From IMG/VR virus record IMGVR_UViG_3300036982_000125, positions 1-64,000 of that record: a stretch of 64,000 nt of DNA; one strand, given 5' to 3'. The notes below the pieces were generated by a model. The model ran no database searches. It saw only the letters and a list, made by a program, of their open reading frames with translations, and had not been told where the DNA came from. Origin of the DNA: a virus (Duplodnaviria; Caudoviricetes). Positions 47,001 through 55,438 of this stretch are shown here, piece after piece. The position numbers and the translations under genes are program-made. The number at the start of each line of letters is the position of its first letter. Position 1 is the first letter of the stretch.

Positions 47001-49297
47001 TCTTGATTACCATTATTTGAAGCATTAGTTGGACTAGTATCTTCCTTACAATTTAAATAATATGATCCTCCTCCAAGCAACCCACCAGGTACCCATTCAG
47101 TTGATCTACCCATTACTGTATCTTCCCATTCAACTGTATATCCAGCTTTCCCAGTTCCAATATCAGTTGTACCAACATAAACAAACCATACATCATAATT
47201 TGATGGAGATACATTAGCTACTGTTCCAAAAGTAGGTGTTTCAAGACCACCTCTATTAGTATCCATTTTATTAAATTGTCCTGGACCAAGTGGTAAAGGT
47301 CTAGTAATAGAACATTGTACAGTCTTTCCTAATTTATCAATTTTTATTACTGATGTTTTATTATTGTTACAACTAGTGATTCGAAATTCAACATACGTAG
47401 GATTATCCACTGGCATATTAAATTCAAACACATTAATATCCCATGGTTCACATAATTCTGTCCATGCATTATTCACCTCATTTAGAAATGGATCTATATT
47501 AAGATCATTATATGGATAGTTTGGGTAGTAGTAATTTTGACCTTCTCTTTCATATGTTCCTACATTTCTAAGAATACCTTTTGCTACAATAGATTTATTT
47601 GTTCCTCTATCTCCTCTTACTATTTTATATCCAATAATATCATCTTGTTGATCAGTAGTTAATTGAGATGCAGTGATGAGATTTCTTATCTGATCATTAT
47701 CCACTCTAACACCAATAGGGAATACAGCATCATTACCCATCACCATTGATCCAGAACTAACAAATAATTTTGATTCAAATGCTGGACTAACAAGAATATC
47801 TGGAAACTTATGGTGTCTAATATTTTGACCAGCAAGCTCACCCCATACATTTGTATTACAAGGATATTCATCTGTAGATTCCCAATAAGCAAATTCACCA
47901 TATTGATATGGTCCTTTGTAAGTAGGATCTGGTAAATATTCTGAAGATGTACCAACAACACTTGCTGTGTTATATATTTTCCAATAAGGACTATAATTTG
48001 TACCTGGATCTGGTTGTCCAATAAAATCTGGATCAGTATCAAAAATTAAAGGACTTGTATTTTCAATAATACCTCTCTCTCTTCCAGGTATATGAAAACC
48101 ATCTGTTTGCTTTCCATTCTTCAATAAGAATACAATTTCAAATGCATACACTTCATCACGTAGATACCCACGTAAGTTTGTAGCATTTACTCCATCAGCA
48201 TAATTTTCATTAGCAGGGATTCTATATGTTTCCCATAATAGAGTTATGTTAGAAGCAATTTCTTGATAGTTAATTCTATTTATAGATGTAAGGTTATCCC
48301 ATACAAGAATATCTTGTACAGAAGTAACATCTTGAGCTATATCATAGTAAGGAAACTTCTCAAATATATCATTGATAGTTAACTTTATCTGAATTTTATT
48401 TTGACCTGTATAAGTAATCTGGTCATAAGATTGTTCAATAAAATATGTTCCTACTAATTCTACAGAAGTTATTCCATTAACTGTTTTGATAACAGCTAAA
48501 TTAAAATATTGATATTGACCTGTAACATCTAAGTCTGTTAGATTAAGAACAATAGATCTTCCTACAACATAATTAAAATTAACTGTTGTTAAAAAAGGAT
48601 CTGCAATAGGTGTAGGATTGGTAACAGAATAATATGATGTATAAGGATTACCAGAAGCATCAGAATACTGAGCAGCAAACTGATATGTACCAGCAACAAG
48701 TTCCCCTCCTGTAGTAATATCTACTACATCAATTTGAGGAATACTAAAGTTTGGTTGTAGCTTAAGTTGATTACAATCTAATTCATCACTATATACAGGA
48801 TTACAAAGACTACTACCTGATTGTAATAATCTTGGAATATCATTAATATCTAAATACCTTCTAGGATTAATACCATCTGTCCAATATATCTCTATTGTAC
48901 AATTAGTAATCTTATGTACAGTTTTATGTATAGGATGGTTTATACTAAAGTTAAGACATACTGCAGATACTAATGTATGATAGATACAATCATTGTTATC
49001 CATATATCCAATCTCACTATCATTTGTATCAGGATTAGTTATATAGAATATATGTTTATTCTTTTCATTAATAAAATGTGTACCAATTAATATAAATCCT
49101 TTAGGAAACGTAACACATAATTCATTACCTTGTTCATTCTGATAATTAACAGAACTAGAATCAAAGTTTTCTAAAGCAGCGTTCAAAGCATAAGTTAGTG
49201 TACCTGGTTTAATTTGGTTCAAAGTTTGATCCATATTTAAACCAATAGTAGCATTGTTGTATTCTGCTCTAATATTACCTTGTTGTTCTTCAGCCAT
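44051..49297 (-). CDS. Tail muzzle/stabilisation protein (crAss-like, P22 gp10-related) with Thr/Cys-rich C-terminal extension
   Basis: 1748 aa; GLNMD...YALNAA N-terminus, YWTDGINPRRYL, GVYDSKFDRVII, SWTLSYN...WISFHSY; syntenic after the ring gene. Confidence 0.75.
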   Translation of the reverse strand: MAEEQQGNIRAEYNNATIGLNMDQTLNQIKPGTLTYALNAALENFDSSSVNYQNEQGNELCVTFPKGFILIGTHFINEKNKHIFYITNPDTNDSEIGYMDNNDCIYHTLVSAVCLNFSINHPIHKTVHKITNCTIEIYWTDGINPRRYLDINDIPRLLQSGSSLCNPVYSDELDCNQLKLQPNFSIPQIDVVDITTGGELVAGTYQFAAQYSDASGNPYTSYYSVTNPTPIADPFLTTVNFNYVVGRSIVLNLTDLDVTGQYQYFNLAVIKTVNGITSVELVGTYFIEQSYDQITYTGQNKIQIKLTINDIFEKFPYYDIAQDVTSVQDILVWDNLTSINRINYQEIASNITLLWETYRIPANENYADGVNATNLRGYLRDEVYAFEIVFLLKNGKQTDGFHIPGRERGIIENTSPLIFDTDPDFIGQPDPGTNYSPYWKIYNTASVVGTSSEYLPDPTYKGPYQYGEFAYWESTDEYPCNTNVWGELAGQNIRHHKFPDILVSPAFESKLFVSSGSMVMGNDAVFPIGVRVDNDQIRNLITASQLTTDQQDDIIGYKIVRGDRGTNKSIVAKGILRNVGTYEREGQNYYYPNYPYNDLNIDPFLNEVNNAWTELCEPWDINVFEFNMPVDNPTYVEFRITSCNNNKTSVIKIDKLGKTVQCSITRPLPLGPGQFNKMDTNRGGLETPTFGTVANVSPSNYDVWFVYVGTTDIGTGKAGYTVEWEDTVMGRSTEWVPGGLLGGGSYYLNCKEDTSPTNASNNGNQEFRLITKIRIPDCKEEVPQKAITANPNLAYRQVFNSPETSFGQPFLGNILKLENVIFGGGKAHFTQVKSNAKYKLLTEEAQRDALKSAQDVGSISTGFNATAMFTVYQAYLTIYVNGITRKNYAQSFNSIADYNYSESIPNNQGVKQRNLDIKRYLIPGVESVGDTFPVNNYRRESSVYLRTEDFREDGITSVPPLPFPSNSPNMIVSGSPKVTDYSRFTIGDTDACASPEKEQDLRVVSYYASLKNEFINQWGQIYSYETIDTGFQTNIYSTGNSIVFGGDTFISRFAFKTKLPFFIDNRVNAPDDSDIFYDEIGNIAYPAYWHSARSILKDYTVQPGGIGTLTNIISYKAHNFDCPNSQLPGPPDNNPNRTYYDGYFYLFAYGIPNFYCESSYNTDLRQAFNNREGDFWPHVSTGIPDDWVQETYVSIANDNTYTYNVTFSKQNRENVFTHLPPDWTTQLCYTYYPFRAIYSDSQNIDSDNKVNSWLTYRALSYFDFPQNFGNLISLDGIQNKAVLARFENKTLMYNNLLTIDTSNPQAAYVGNPALFKGAPPIDFAETDLGYVGSQNKFLLKIPQGQITVDAKRGQVFLISGTESVDLSAFGSGMNRFFTDHLAFEILRYYPDVNIDNNFTGIGLHGVYDSKFDRVIISKLDYIPLDPNIKYDPILREFYIEETINEFTFRTQVYLTDKEYFCNKSWTLSYNMNTKSWISFHSYIPNFYIAENNFFYSGINGCCDEFDIIAGEIVPTPSTTTTTSTQSIITTTTSTTSTSLNCLLVGQGRITYCELEGTGVITVPPVCARPQGLRPFTLVTGYDIIDPPSNVVSTASQVDACNAITYVTTNTEFVYTEIIGDAFSLTLSQTVYVNNGTTNCDVIPDGWYFTDESANTTTDVYHVVAGVIVEIVPCVVPSTTTTTTTLPCTSFTVIKSTVGVVSVPYTDCAGLPATVNVGNAGGGPSSTTFCARCCISTSMDVTLTNNGPC

Positions 49298-49305
49298 GGT
49301 GTATA

Positions 49306-50280
49306 TTAATTATTACGTCTTCTACCATATCTATTAGTACGGTTAGGAAGTTCATACATATTAAATCTATTAAGATCATTTTTGATCCTTCTTTGTTTCT
49401 CCCAAGGAGTTTGTTTCTTTATTTCAATATCAGCCATAATATAAGCTTCTTCATAAGCTTGTTTATGATACATCAACTTCTGTTGTAACTGATTAAAAGT
49501 TTCATCATTAGTTTGATTTGTAAGAGTTTCAAATATCTTAAACTTAAGAAATGCTTCTACATATTCTCTAATACGATAGTTATCAGGAATTAATTGATTT
49601 CCTATCTCATCATACTCTGTAGCATAGAATATTAAATGAACAACACCATTTCTAAAATTAGTTACAAACTTATTATCTCGTATATCAAAACTATCATAAC
49701 TAGCAGCACCAGGTGTGAACTCATGAATAGGAGGAGCTTCTGAATACATTTCCCAGTTGTTTGTATATTCCACTCCACAGTTTTGTCTTGCAGAGATGTT
49801 TCCAGGCTTAAGTAAGTAGTCATGAGTAAATCCTCTTGCTACACTATTATTTGTCTTGTATACAGCTTGTACTAACACAGGCATGCATGTACCATCACAG
49901 TTTGAATTTTGACAACCAGGATTATTACAAGGTGTTCCTCCAATAGTTAATGGGGCCACTTGTATAGTGGTAGCTGAAGCAGCTTGTGAATAAAATGAAT
50001 TAGCTGATTGATAAGGATAACCAGCTACCTCTGTAGTCATCCATGCTTCTCTAACAGCATAAAAGTTATCAGGAAGTCTAGCTTGAAAGTCTTCAATAAA
50101 CAAAACTTCATCTGTAATTACATAGGTAGTTCTTCCTAACTTCTTTAGAGCTTTGTCTAAGTAAGTAGGAAATAAAAGATCATCCACAGCACCTGTATCA
50201 AAGTAAGATTTTAATTCTTCTTTAACAGTTGAATAAACAGGTTCTGGGCTTACGAAAGCATATTTATAATAGTAACTCAT
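49306..50280 (-). CDS. Tail tubular/ring protein
   Basis: 324 aa immediately upstream of the muzzle gene; IPDNYRIREYVEAFLK; crAss-like synteny. Confidence 0.6.
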   Translation of the reverse strand: MSYYYKYAFVSPEPVYSTVKEELKSYFDTGAVDDLLFPTYLDKALKKLGRTTYVITDEVLFIEDFQARLPDNFYAVREAWMTTEVAGYPYQSANSFYSQAASATTIQVAPLTIGGTPCNNPGCQNSNCDGTCMPVLVQAVYKTNNSVARGFTHDYLLKPGNISARQNCGVEYTNNWEMYSEAPPIHEFTPGAASYDSFDIRDNKFVTNFRNGVVHLIFYATEYDEIGNQLIPDNYRIREYVEAFLKFKIFETLTNQTNDETFNQLQQKLMYHKQAYEEAYIMADIEIKKQTPWEKQRRIKNDLNRFNMYELPNRTNRYGRRRNN

Positions 50281-50286
50281 AGTTTA

Positions 50287-50766
50287 TTATTTTTTCCATT
50301 CATGATATAAATGTTGATACTTATCGCTGGTTTTTAAGTAATGTGATAGAAGTCTTGATGTAAGTCTAGAAGGTTTGAAATACCAAAGATCAGAATTCTT
50401 AAAGCGTGCTGAAGTTTTAAACCACATCCAACCAAAAAAGTATCCTTCTGTATGATAGTTAAAATTATATATTACCTTTCCTTTTTCTTTAGTTTTTTGC
50501 CAGTCAATTGGTAAGTTAACAAATTCTTTTCCATTAGCTAGTTTTATTTTTCTTCTTTTCTTTTTATTGATAGAGAACTCTCCAAATCCATAAGGTAGTT
50601 TTGCTTTATCACCTGTCTCTAATATATACTCTTTAAATGATTCATTCCAAGTGTACAATATATTTCTCCACTCATCATATGTCAGTTTTATAGATGGATG
50701 TTTTTTACAAAACAATACATAGTTATCTTTACTAGAAGATCTCCAATCTATTTTAACTCTTGACAT
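50287..50766 (-). CDS. HU/IHF-like basic DNA-binding protein (crAss-like conserved)
   Basis: 159 aa, basic; KLPYGFGEFSINKKK and IDWQKTKE; located between two ring genes. Confidence 0.6.
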   Translation of the reverse strand: MSRVKIDWRSSSKDNYVLFCKKHPSIKLTYDEWRNILYTWNESFKEYILETGDKAKLPYGFGEFSINKKKRRKIKLANGKEFVNLPIDWQKTKEKGKVIYNFNYHTEGYFFGWMWFKTSARFKNSDLWYFKPSRLTSRLLSHYLKTSDKYQHLYHEWKK

Positions 50767-50769
50767 ATA

Positions 50770-51495
50770 TTAATTAGTTGGTTTTGAGTTTGGTGCTTGT
50801 CCATCTATTCCTTCTTGACTAGTATCAGTTTTAAGATTGAAATATGTAGACAATAGTTTCTTTGATGTTAATTCTAAGACTTGTTGTTCTAAGTATCCAG
50901 GAAGTGGAAACTCTTTATCTAATGGATTCATACATAACTGTTCGTTTGTATAATCTGGTGTACCACATCCACATTCAGGATACATGATATCATTTTCTAC
51001 ATCTTCTTCAAACAATGCTACAAATCTAATTGCTTTAAGTAAAGGATTGTTTACATATAAATATCCATTTGATATCCAGAAGTATTCTTCTTTCTTGATT
51101 ACAGGAAGTTTAAGTAAGTTTAAATATCTATTAATAGATATTTCTTTTAACTTCTTTCCTTGACCACTCATAGCATTAATAGAATAAACTCCTTGTATTA
51201 CATATTGGTAATTACCTTCTGATATACGTGGGAGTTTAAATTTAGTTCTAGCTATAGAACAAGGATCTACATAGTTACAACATTCAGAAATAGATACCTC
51301 TATCATCTCTAAACAAGGGATGGTAGTGAATAGTGTATCAGTTGCCCAAAGCTTTCTAAGATTGGTCTCTCTCTTGATACTAAGAAGTGAATTACTTTTT
51401 AATTCAGCAAAAATAGCACGATCTGTAATTAAACTATCAGTGCTTAAAATTTTATGCATAGATCTAATGCTACTAACAAGATATCGTCCAGTCAT
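50770..51495 (-). CDS. Tail ring/connector protein
   Basis: 241 aa; synteny with the crAss-like tail block; CMNPLDKEFPLPGYL. Confidence 0.5.
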   Translation of the reverse strand: MTGRYLVSSIRSMHKILSTDSLITDRAIFAELKSNSLLSIKRETNLRKLWATDTLFTTIPCLEMIEVSISECCNYVDPCSIARTKFKLPRISEGNYQYVIQGVYSINAMSGQGKKLKEISINRYLNLLKLPVIKKEEYFWISNGYLYVNNPLLKAIRFVALFEEDVENDIMYPECGCGTPDYTNEQLCMNPLDKEFPLPGYLEQQVLELTSKKLLSTYFNLKTDTSQEGIDGQAPNSKPTN

Positions 51496-51962
51496 TTTAT
51501 TTTTGTTTTATACTTTCCTCTTTTTCTCCCCAATAAAGAGTTTTTAATTTTTAATTTTGTTTCATCAGAATGTTTTAAATCTGTATGAGATTTATTTCCA
51601 ATTCCATATTTGTTACCAAGCATAAACTTTTTCATAGTTTCTGTTTGAATATCACTCCATTTATTTCCTAATAGACCTTCTCCTCCTGCAGTTTGATTGT
51701 ATCCAAAATCATAACTATTAAAATTTTTAATACTTTTTATTTCTTCTAGTATACAATCTTCTTTAATGCATTCTTTTATTATCTCATAGTTAAAACAATC
51801 TACACCATACTTATTATATGAAGCTTGCAAATGTTTATTATAATGATTTCCTAAAGATAACTCTTTAAAGTGTCTATTTATTCTATATTGTAATCTAACT
51901 GCTTTACCTATATAAGATTTATTATTTACAATATTATATATTCTATAAATACCTATTGCCAT
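51492..51962 (-). mobile_element. Free-standing GIY-YIG homing endonuclease (NUMOD3)
   Basis: GIYRIYNIVNNKSYIGKA...RINRH...HLQASYNKYG...E...GYNQTAGG; HSDETKLKIKNS. Confidence 0.9.
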
Positions 51963-51965
51963 AAT

Positions 51966-53195
51966 TTATATTCTTGTTTCGAACTCTGCTACTTTTCCTA
52001 GTTTACTATCATAAACTAGAGCAAGAGCTGCACGTACAGAATGTACGAAGTTATTATCTAAGTGCCAACGGTCTGTACCAGACAAACTTGGCATTTGTTG
52101 TATTCTTACACCTTTGACTTCTTTAGCCATATAGTGATGTTTATCTCCTGTATGCACCTCTCTATATTTAGCATTACCAAATGCTTGACTATATTGAGGA
52201 TGTGTTGCAAATAATAAAGGAAGGTCTTCTAACTTACAGTTACCATGATGCCATCCTATAAATGTATTACCAAGTGTTAATCCTTTAATAACTGAATGTT
52301 CTCTTATAAATTCTACATCAAGATTATCTTTGAAATATACATCTAATGCATGTGCTAAATAAAAAGACTTAGTTCTGTCATGATTACCTTGTACAAGTAT
52401 TACCTGTACAGTGCTAGAACGTTGTCTCAACATATTAATTGTATCTACAAGAACAGCGAATCCTAATTCATATTCTGAATGGTAATCCATTATAGTATCT
52501 TGTGGTGTACCTTGTGTGGTTTGGTGTTGATAGTTATCAGTATGAAAGAAATCATTTGATATAGGCAACACTACAGTGTTTATATTGTAATTAGCTTCCA
52601 CTTTACAGATCAAAGATTGAGCCACATTAAAATATCTTAAAGCTCTTGTTTTTGGATCATTATCACCATCTACACATTTTTTAGCTAAATGATAATCAGC
52701 TATAGATATTTCTACATCTACATAATCTTTATTAGCAGTAAGATCTTTTTTAGTAATTGATATATTATTTGGTTTGTAGTTTTCTAAAAACTTAGCAAAG
52801 TCTTCTGGAGAGTAATCTTTTGGTTCTTTTCTTTTTGAAAAGATTGAAGAAGTAAAACTTCCACTTGGTAACATCTTAGACCAATAGTTGGTAATAACGT
52901 ATTTATCTAGGTTTATCTTGTGTAGCTTAGCTAACTCAAGATCATCTTTAGGTTCAAATGCACTAGTGACAGTGCTTTCTATTGTTCCTTTTTCAACATT
53001 TACTTTTCTAATTTCTCCTGTAGAAGTATTATATATATATGGAGTTGGGGGTTCATTGTCTTTCTCTCTGAGCTCTTTGAGAAGCTCATTCACTTCGTAT
53101 TCACTTATTCCTAATTTCTCTGCATAGAACTTTTTACTCTTCTTCTGCGTTAACAACTCTTCTAATCTGTATAATAAACTTTGATTTTCAGACAT
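51966..53195 (-). CDS. Calcineurin-like metallophosphoesterase/Mre11-like nuclease with N-terminal HTH
   Basis: IADYH, NDFFHTD, QGNHD, WHHGN and VHTGDKHH motifs; N-terminal AEKLGISEYEV. Confidence 0.75.
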   Translation of the reverse strand: MSENQSLLYRLEELLTQKKSKKFYAEKLGISEYEVNELLKELREKDNEPPTPYIYNTSTGEIRKVNVEKGTIESTVTSAFEPKDDLELAKLHKINLDKYVITNYWSKMLPSGSFTSSIFSKRKEPKDYSPEDFAKFLENYKPNNISITKKDLTANKDYVDVEISIADYHLAKKCVDGDNDPKTRALRYFNVAQSLICKVEANYNINTVVLPISNDFFHTDNYQHQTTQGTPQDTIMDYHSEYELGFAVLVDTINMLRQRSSTVQVILVQGNHDRTKSFYLAHALDVYFKDNLDVEFIREHSVIKGLTLGNTFIGWHHGNCKLEDLPLLFATHPQYSQAFGNAKYREVHTGDKHHYMAKEVKGVRIQQMPSLSGTDRWHLDNNFVHSVRAALALVYDSKLGKVAEFETRI

Positions 53196-53223
53196 ATGTA
53201 TTTATATTAGTTAAAAAATATCG

Positions 53224-53256
53224 TAAAGATAAACAATAGTTTTTATATAATCCAAA
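53224..53256 (-). promoter_or_regulatory. Bacteroidota-type promoter TTTG-N21-TATCTTTA
   Basis: caaa at 53253-53256 and taaagata at 53224-53231; lies downstream of a terminator. Confidence 0.55.
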
Positions 53257-53280
53257 TAATTTTAGTTAGAGTTGTAATTA

Positions 53281-53301
53281 TTTATAATCAAATTAGTTAT
53301 A
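53281..53301 (-). promoter_or_regulatory. 21-bp upstream motif TATAACTAATTTGATTATAAA (copy 2)
   Basis: 20/21 identical to 35663-35683; lies 49 nt upstream of the -7-like box. Confidence 0.6.
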
Positions 53302-53334
53302 AAACAAAAACTCCCCAAGAAAAGTCTTGAGGAG
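53301..53334 (-). terminator. Intrinsic terminator
   Basis: CTCCTCAAGA-CTTT-TCTTGGGGAG followed by TTTTTGTTTT. Confidence 0.85.
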
Positions 53335-53381
53335 AAACTTTGTAAAACCAACAAAACAAAGTTTTTTATTATTAGTTACTA

Positions 53382-53696
53382 TTATATACTAGTTGTTGTT
53401 GTTGTAGTAGTGCTAGTAGAAGTACTTGTGCTTGTGCTAGTAGAAGTACTTGTGCTTGTGCTGGTTGTTGTACTAGGTGATGTTAATGTTATATCAATAT
53501 AATTTGTACAATTACCTATAGATACCACTCTTACAATAGTTGTAAAATCAGGCACTACTGAAGAAGAGTATCCTGCAAGTAACGATGCTTTAGAAACATT
53601 TGTTGCAAATGCTGATGTATAACCATCTAAGTTTGAAAACAAATTGAAGGGGCCTGAATCAGCCCCAGCAACTGTTAATGTTATTAATACTGTCAT
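53382..53696 (-). CDS. GPF-module protein with a 31-residue Thr/Ser tail
   Basis: 104 aa; LITLTVAGADSGPFNLFSNLDGY; ends SPSTTTSTSTSTSTSTSTSTSTTTTTTTSI. Confidence 0.75.
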   Translation of the reverse strand: MTVLITLTVAGADSGPFNLFSNLDGYTSAFATNVSKASLLAGYSSSVVPDFTTIVRVVSIGNCTNYIDITLTSPSTTTSTSTSTSTSTSTSTSTSTTTTTTTSI

Positions 53697-53739
53697 TAGT
53701 TTAAATTTTAGTTATTGGTTTATTATTAGTTTATATAAA

Positions 53740-54543
53740 TCATGGTGGAGTTGGATTTGGAATTTCACATAATGCAAGTTCACCACAAATAATTGGAGTA
53801 TTATTTGTAATAGATGAATCTGCAGCTGACATAACATTATTATTTGTCACTGTACCACAATGAAGAATAGATGGATCAGCATATATGTAATATTGAACTA
53901 CTTCACCCACAGTTTCATATAAAGGATTATATACTACATCTCTATAACCAAATCCATCACATCCATCTAATCTAATACAACGATAAGGAGTAAAAGAAGT
54001 AGTTGTAGTGGTAGTTGTTGGTGCAAAACACTCACCACCTACAGTTGTATATTCTGGATAGTTATCACTTATAAGTGGATTATCTGCACATATTACTTCT
54101 GCAGGACCTGAAGGCTCCACTTCAACAAGAATAACTAATGCACTACCACACTCTGTATATTCTACTGTATGAACCACTCCTACAATAGGATTTATTGTAT
54201 ATGTTGAACATGCTACTGGTGCAGATGTTGTACTTGTACTAGTTGTACTAGTTGATGTACTAGTAGAAGTACTAGTAGAAGTACTAGTTGAACTACTACT
54301 TGTTGTTGTAGTGGTAGGAACTAAACCAACTGTTATATCAATAGAATTTGTACATACACCTACAGAAGTCACTCTAATTATAGTTGTTCCATCAGGTACA
54401 AGTGATGTTGTGTAACCAGCTACTAAAACTGATGCAGCTACATTTGTTTCAAATGGAACTGTATATCCATCTATATTTGAAAAAAGATTGAAAGGACCTG
54501 CGTCCCCACCAATTGGTATAACCAATGTTATTAGTGTTGTCAT
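53740..54543 (-). CDS. GPF-module protein with Thr/Ser linkers and Cys modules
   Basis: 267 aa; N-terminal paralog of the 104-aa gene. Confidence 0.75.
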   Translation of the reverse strand: MTTLITLVIPIGGDAGPFNLFSNIDGYTVPFETNVAASVLVAGYTTSLVPDGTTIIRVTSVGVCTNSIDITVGLVPTTTTTSSSSTSTSTSTSTSTSTSTTSTSTTSAPVACSTYTINPIVGVVHTVEYTECGSALVILVEVEPSGPAEVICADNPLISDNYPEYTTVGGECFAPTTTTTTTSFTPYRCIRLDGCDGFGYRDVVYNPLYETVGEVVQYYIYADPSILHCGTVTNNNVMSAADSSITNNTPIICGELALCEIPNPTPP

Positions 54544-54566
54544 ATTATTTTATTATTATTAGTTTA

Positions 54567-54896
54567 TTATAATTGATTAGCAACTCCTGTAAATGAACAA
54601 TCTAATTCATTAGCAGTTCCAGTAAAATCACATACTGGACAACAATCTCCAAGTTGATTATCTATATTAAGAATTTCTTCTGTTATAATCATTACATCCT
54701 CAGTAATATTTGTTATACTCTCTGTAAGTTCATTTACACTATTTTTAACATTACATATAACAGTATTTAATTTATCAAGGATTGTATTTAAATTATCACA
54801 AGTTTTTATATCTGTGCAAGGAAGTGGAGTGCTATCATATGAGACAGCACTCGTTCCTAGTATTGTTGTATTATTTATTTGAGAGCAATTAGCCAT
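54567..54896 (-). CDS. Cys docking-module fibre protein with coiled coil
   Basis: 109 aa; VSYDSTPLPC.DI.TCDNLNTILDKLN. Confidence 0.6.
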   Translation of the reverse strand: MANCSQINNTTILGTSAVSYDSTPLPCTDIKTCDNLNTILDKLNTVICNVKNSVNELTESITNITEDVMIITEEILNIDNQLGDCCPVCDFTGTANELDCSFTGVANQL

Positions 54897-54905
54897 GTTT
54901 TATAT

Positions 54906-55424
54906 TTATAATACTGTTGTTGTAGTGGTTGTAGTTGGTTCCAATGTTGTACTTGTCGTTGTTGTAGGTACAAGTGTTGTTGTAGTGGTTGTAGTAATTA
55001 CTACACTAGCACTTCCTGTAAATAAACAATCTAATACTGTAGTTGTCGTAGTGGTTGTAGGAGCAATTGTTGTTGTACAACATACAGTTAATGCATTATT
55101 TATAGTAATTATTTCACTATTAATATTTAATATCTGACTAGTTATATTACTTACTTGAATGTTTAATGTGTTAATCTGTGTTAATAGATTACATATAATC
55201 TCATCAATCTTTTGTAATATTACATTAAGTGTATCACATGGCTCAGCTATTATACATGATAATACAGGACCATTATAAACAATAGTACTAGATCCAGTTA
55301 TATTAGTACTACATGGATTGTTATTATTACAACCATTATTAGTAATTACAGAACTACACCCACATGGATCATTTATAACTACATTTGAGCAGCTAGGATT
55401 TACTGGTAAAAAAGGATATGCCAT
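54906..55424 (-). CDS. Cys docking-module protein, coiled coil and mucin-like poly-Thr C-terminus
   Basis: 172 aa; the C-terminal ~60 residues are mostly Thr. Confidence 0.7.
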   Translation of the reverse strand: MAYPFLPVNPSCSNVVINDPCGCSSVITNNGCNNNNPCSTNITGSSTIVYNGPVLSCIIAEPCDTLNVILQKIDEIICNLLTQINTLNIQVSNITSQILNINSEIITINNALTVCCTTTIAPTTTTTTTVLDCLFTGSASVVITTTTTTTLVPTTTTSTTLEPTTTTTTTVL

Positions 55425-55438
55425 ATCTTATTGATTTA

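Noticed and set aside
53368-54570. Repeated TAAACTAATAATAA-like sequence after three adjacent small genes
   Set aside because: Best explained by A-rich Bacteroidota leaders plus local gene duplication; low complexity.
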